Source of the DNA: Chrysemys picta bellii
Taxonomy: Eukaryota
DNA: 64,000 nucleotides
Assembly: GCF_011386835.1 (NCBI RefSeq)
Contig: NC_088791.1
Span: forward strand, 191,084,001 to 191,148,000
Direction of reading: 5' to 3'
The first letter of the stretch is position 1, and every line of letters begins with the position of its first letter. Below the pieces are notes generated by a model. It had not been told where the DNA came from. It worked only from the letters and a program-made list of their open reading frames with translations, and ran no database searches. Below are positions 59,492-64,000 of this stretch, one piece after another. Both the position numbers and the translations under genes were made by a program.

Positions 59492-62400
59492 GTGTATGTA
59501 TGTATAACCTGACTGGTGTGAGGTACCATTGAAACAATATCTTAAAGTAATTTTCTTTTATTGTGCTACAGTCTGAAGTTGTTGGTACACTTTTCCAGAT
59601 CAACATCATTCCTCTGGAATAATTTTTCTGTTCAGGTCCTTTTCCTAGCATGGACATGTTTTGTTAGGAAAGTTGTCTGCAAAGATTGAATTAGTTATAA
59701 TCTATTTGTTTCCTAATTGACCAGATGCCACCACTTCTATTAAAGTTGGGTTTCTGTATAAAACAATTTTTCTAAAGAGTTGAAAGAAATAGAAAGAAAT
59801 AGAATGTCTAACTAGAAAGTACTGTTACCATGGGAGAGTGGGCCAGTTAAAGTTAATTTTGATCTCTAAATAAGTTAGAAAAGTTTCTTTACTCAGTAGC
59901 TGGTCAACCAGATATATTCCATGGCTCTCCCAATTTTTAAAGAATCTCTGGTTCGTAATTTGGGTTAATATCTGGATTATTTGCAGTGGGTATCTTTTGG
60001 TAAGGTAAAAGATCTTTTATATCTAGTTCTATCGCAAATCTGTAGAGTAGCCTTACTATAGGATGTGTATAAATTTCTGGAGGGCGTGTTTTTGTTTTTG
60101 TTTTAATTAATCCATGGTAGCCTAGCGATGCACACACCACCACAACATTCTTGCTCAGTAAAGTGTTTGGATGGGTTAAAGCGCCTCCTGTCCACTGCTG
60201 CTTTGGGCTGGCTGGCTTGATAGTATCATAGAATATTTGGAAACCAGCTAGTCCATCCTGTTTTAATGGGCTTGTACAAAGTATCTTCACTTTGTTTTGG
60301 TCTTATTCCATATACATTTTAATACTCTGTATTCCTGCTAGTTTTATCTGGAATCATCAAAGAAATATTTTGAAACAAGAAGAGAATCGTTGGCAAAATG
60401 TTAATTTTGACCCTAGCTGTTCTTCCCAATCAAAAAAATTGCATACTTCCCCCAGCATGCCATTTGCTGAAGTAGTATTTGACATTCAAATCATAGAATT
60501 CTTCGAGACTATTTAAGATTTGAATTCCCAGGTGTCTTCTAGAATTTGTTGCCCATTTGTACCCAAATGTTTTCTGGAGGAATAGCTTTTCAGAGTTGGA
60601 CAAATTTATAGCTAGGTTTTCGGATTTGACAGGATTTACTTCAAATCTAACCCAAAGTCATGGATTTTTTTTTTTTTTTTAGAAACTAATTTTAGGGAAA
60701 TATTTGGTTTATATAAAAATAATACATTATCTGCATTTAAAGCTATTTTCTGATGTGTTCCTGCAAGTTTTATTCCTGTGATAGATTCCTTGTTTCTCAT
60801 CATTGTGTGAAAGGCTCCATGACCGGTGCAAAAAGTAAAGGAGGCAATGGACGTCCCTGCCTAGTCCTTCTGTGTAATTCAAACACGAGATTTAACCCCA
60901 ATAACTCACACAGCTGCTTTGGGGCTGGTGTCAAGAGTAGTTTTTTTTTCCATTTAAGGAACTGGGGCCAATGTCCCTACGGGACAAGGCTTGAAATGGA
61001 AAGCTCCATTCTGTTCTATCAACAGCCTTCTCTGCATCAAGGGATGATAAAAAAAAAATGGATCTTTTCGTGATCTGGTATGGTGGATGATCCCAAGAAC
61101 TCGCTGAATACTGTCTGACATTTGTCTATCCTTAATGTATCCATTTTGATCTGGATTTACATAAGCTGAGAGCATGGACTCCAATCAGTTAACTAGTATT
61201 TTTACGAAAATTTTTGTCATGATTCAACAGTGATGTGGGCTTATAAGAGCTGCTTAAGGTAAGGTCTTTTCTAGCTTTAGGGAGAATAACCACAGTAGTT
61301 TCTTTAATAGGTTGTGGAAGTTTATCCTCTAACAAAATAGCATTGAAGGTACCTCTCAAGGGACTCACTAATACCTCCTTAAATAAAGTAGAACCCCATT
61401 TATCTGACCCTCCATTACCCGGCTCTCTGTATTAACCAAACAACTAGCGCACACAAGTCCAGGAGTGGGCGATCTCTCTTGTGGCCGCTACATGGCGCTG
61501 CAGCCCTGCACTTTCCCATTCTCCCGATTATCTGATCTGGCTCCAGTCCCAATTAGATAAACTGGGTTGTGCTGTACCTTGTAAAATTATTATGGAAAGC
61601 CATCAGATCCTGGAGTTTTACTGCTTTTCATGATTTGCTTTTTGCTGCTCAGATTTTTTCTTTTTATTTCTTTATCTAAAGTTTATAATTTTTGTTTATC
61701 TTTGGCAAGCCTGCTACTTCCAGATATTTTTGAATAACTTTAGAGCTTGGAGTATCTGAGGTAAGAAGGTTTTATAATAAAAAGCAAAATTAGCACATAG
61801 TTACACTCCCTGATGAAATATCTTTTTTTCTGATTGTTTTTAATTGGTGGAACAATTCATTGCTCTTGAATCCTTTTTAGCTTTCAAGCCAATAACCTAT
61901 CAATTTTATTTCCTTTTTCAGAAACTGTTTGCTTTGTATACCTAAGGGGCATCTGTCATCAGCACATTCAATTTCCACATATTTGTTAATTGTTCACACA
62001 CTTTTTTTGGAACCTGTGTTTTTATGAAGGTCTTGTAGCCTTTTTATCTCCTGTTTTAGTTCTGCCGTTTCTTGAGCTCTTTCTTTTTTTCAGATGAGAG
62101 GCTCTGCATATCAGTTGGCTCCTAACCAGTGCCTTACATGCTTCCCAAAGAAGGCCTCTTTTTGTATTGTCTGTATCATTTATTTATAAATCTTGAAGAA
62201 GCGAGCAGTTCATTTTCCAAAAGATTAATGTTTGGGACCCATACCAGCTATCTAATATTGCTTCCACTGGTGCACTATCTGACCTAATGGTGCCAATTTC
62301 TGCAGATCTTGTCAGCTTCATTAAGGATTTAGAGATTAACATTAAATCTAGTCTAGCATATAACTGATAAGTGTATGAATAACAATGTAATCTCTTTCCC

Positions 62401-64000
62401 CTGGTTGCAGTTCTGCTTCCCTATCAGATCTGTCCCAGAAAGGATTCATGTATAATTTCCCCCTTCCCCAAAGTGTTGCAGTATTTTAAAGAAGTCCTTA
62501 AAAAAGGGTTTGGAGGTTTTTTTTGCTTTCGATTGGGAGCATACACTAAACCCATTGTTATTAATAACACAACAATTGTGCCCTTCAACAGGATAAGCCA
62601 TCCCTCCTTCTTAAATTGATTATTAATCTGAAACATACATGTTTAGCATATACTATGCCCACTCTTTTTATCCCTTTTCTTTGGCTGAAGCAAAAATTGT
62701 CTGCTGAAACCAATTACCTTGCATGCCCATAATTTTCCCCTCCTGAAAGTGAGTTTTGTGAAATAGAAAATAACCTGAGTAGTTTTGTTTTTAAATTCTT
62801 CCAGGGCTTTTTTCCCTTTTAATCATATAATTTAGCCTTTTGACATTCAAAGACATTACTTCCAAAGAAAGAACCATTCTTGTGGTAATTCCCCTTATTT
62901 CCCTTAGTTTAATTCCAGAAATAAAATACCAACAGAGCTTCTAAATCAGCCACCAAATGACTGCTTTGATGATCCTAAATCCTCATACTCTCCCCATGAA
63001 CACTTGGATTACTTCTCTTCAATCCAGAGGAGGTACTTCTGCCCTTAGGGATAGATTACCATCTGATCATTTGAGTTACATGGGGGATTTACACAGAACC
63101 CTGCCGAAGGCTCCTCCCATCCCCCCTCTGTTTGCTCCAATCTCCACCCTACCTGGGATCTCCTTTCCTACTGCCTCTTGTCCTTTTATTTTCTCTACTT
63201 TTTAAAATAAAGAACACAGCAATCACAGAGTTATGATCACCCCAGTTGAAGCACATTTCATACTATTCCCCTTCTACCATAAACATAAGTTAGTTTACAA
63301 CAGTTAATTCTTGATGACTCTCAAGAAATCCCTTGTAGGTTATTCGTCAGGTATCTGTGTTCTCCTGTTCAGCTTCACTTCTGTCATTGCAATATGTTCT
63401 CTAGAGGCCCTTGTCTTGTCTTTTCCTATCCTCCTTTTTTGGGTTTCACCATCTGTCAGGATTCTTCTAGCATTTTATCCTTGGTTTCTACCTCTGGAGT
63501 ATCTGCTTGTGTTTCTGAGATTTGGAGTTCTATTCCATATGAGTAAATTTCCACCCCTTGTTTAAAGTCTCTTACTGTGTGTTGCAAGTAGAAAGAGAAT
63601 TTAAATGGGAATCCCCATCTATAGCAAATATTTCCCTGCGTGAGTGCTGCTGTAATTTCTCCCAGTGCTTTCCTCTTTTTTAAGGTTGGGGCAGAGAGGT
63701 TATGGAAAAATTGGAGCTTGTGGCATTTGAGTGTGAGCTTTGAATGCTCCCTGGCTTTTTTCCTAATTAAGTCTTTCTGCTGATATAGTGAAATTTCACA
63801 ATTAGATCGCTGGGTCTTTTATTGTTAGGCTCAGTTGGGGGCAACATTGCTGTATGTGCTCTCTCTACTTTCACCCCCGGCAGAGCTGAGATTTAACAAA
63901 TCCACAGTTGAAGTGTTTACATACTGGCTTCCTCTTTCAATGTTTTCAGGCAGTCCTTAATTCTGAGGTTTTCTTTTCACTCTGTTTCCTATATCATCCA
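59060..64000 (-). mobile_element. Long decayed L1-clade LINE (ORF1 remnant plus ORF2 EN, RT and C-terminal zinc knuckle), antisense in SON intron 6
   Basis: Colinear minus-strand fragments: ORF1-like RPSDLIVKFHYISRKDLIRKKARE (~63790), EN VYAPN (~62540), RT VNPDQNGYIKDRQMSDSIQR (~61140), FKILFQWYLTPVRL (~59530), DFMHIWGTCPVIREYW (~59380). Many stops and frameshifts. Confidence 0.85.
59448..59504. repeat. (GT)n/(GTAT)n microsatellite inside the L1 ORF2 remnant
   Basis: Direct read of the sequence. Confidence 0.95.

Overview
Vertebrate genomic window, most likely a turtle (it carries a tortoise-type tRNA-headed Pol III/CR1-tail SINE, CR1 LINEs, a DIRS element and many hAT MITEs). It holds the conserved head-to-head pair GART (minus strand) and SON (plus strand) around a CpG island at about 28.3-29.6 kb. 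GART coding exons 2-11 (the GARS domain) lie at 20490 down to 1014; the AIRS/GARTFase exons are off the left edge. SON exons 1-6 lie at 29194-57805; the G-patch/dsRBM exons are off the right edge. The dominant feature is SON exon 3, a 12,729-nt stop-free internal exon, about twice the human exon as recalled. It is built from two tandem arrays: about 120 degenerate acidic 13-16-aa units, then 63 units of a 90/96-nt RS-type repeat with a basic-to-bipolar composition switch and young 180-nt higher-order duplications. Other observations: a 249/250-bp, about 98% perfect inverted repeat in GART intron 2; a complete-looking intronic poly(A) site in GART intron 11; a separate CpG-rich candidate GART first exon at about 25.5 kb; and a phase-compatible candidate upstream first exon for SON. 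Exon numbering and human comparisons are from recall, repeat family names are from visual recognition, and nothing was database-checked.
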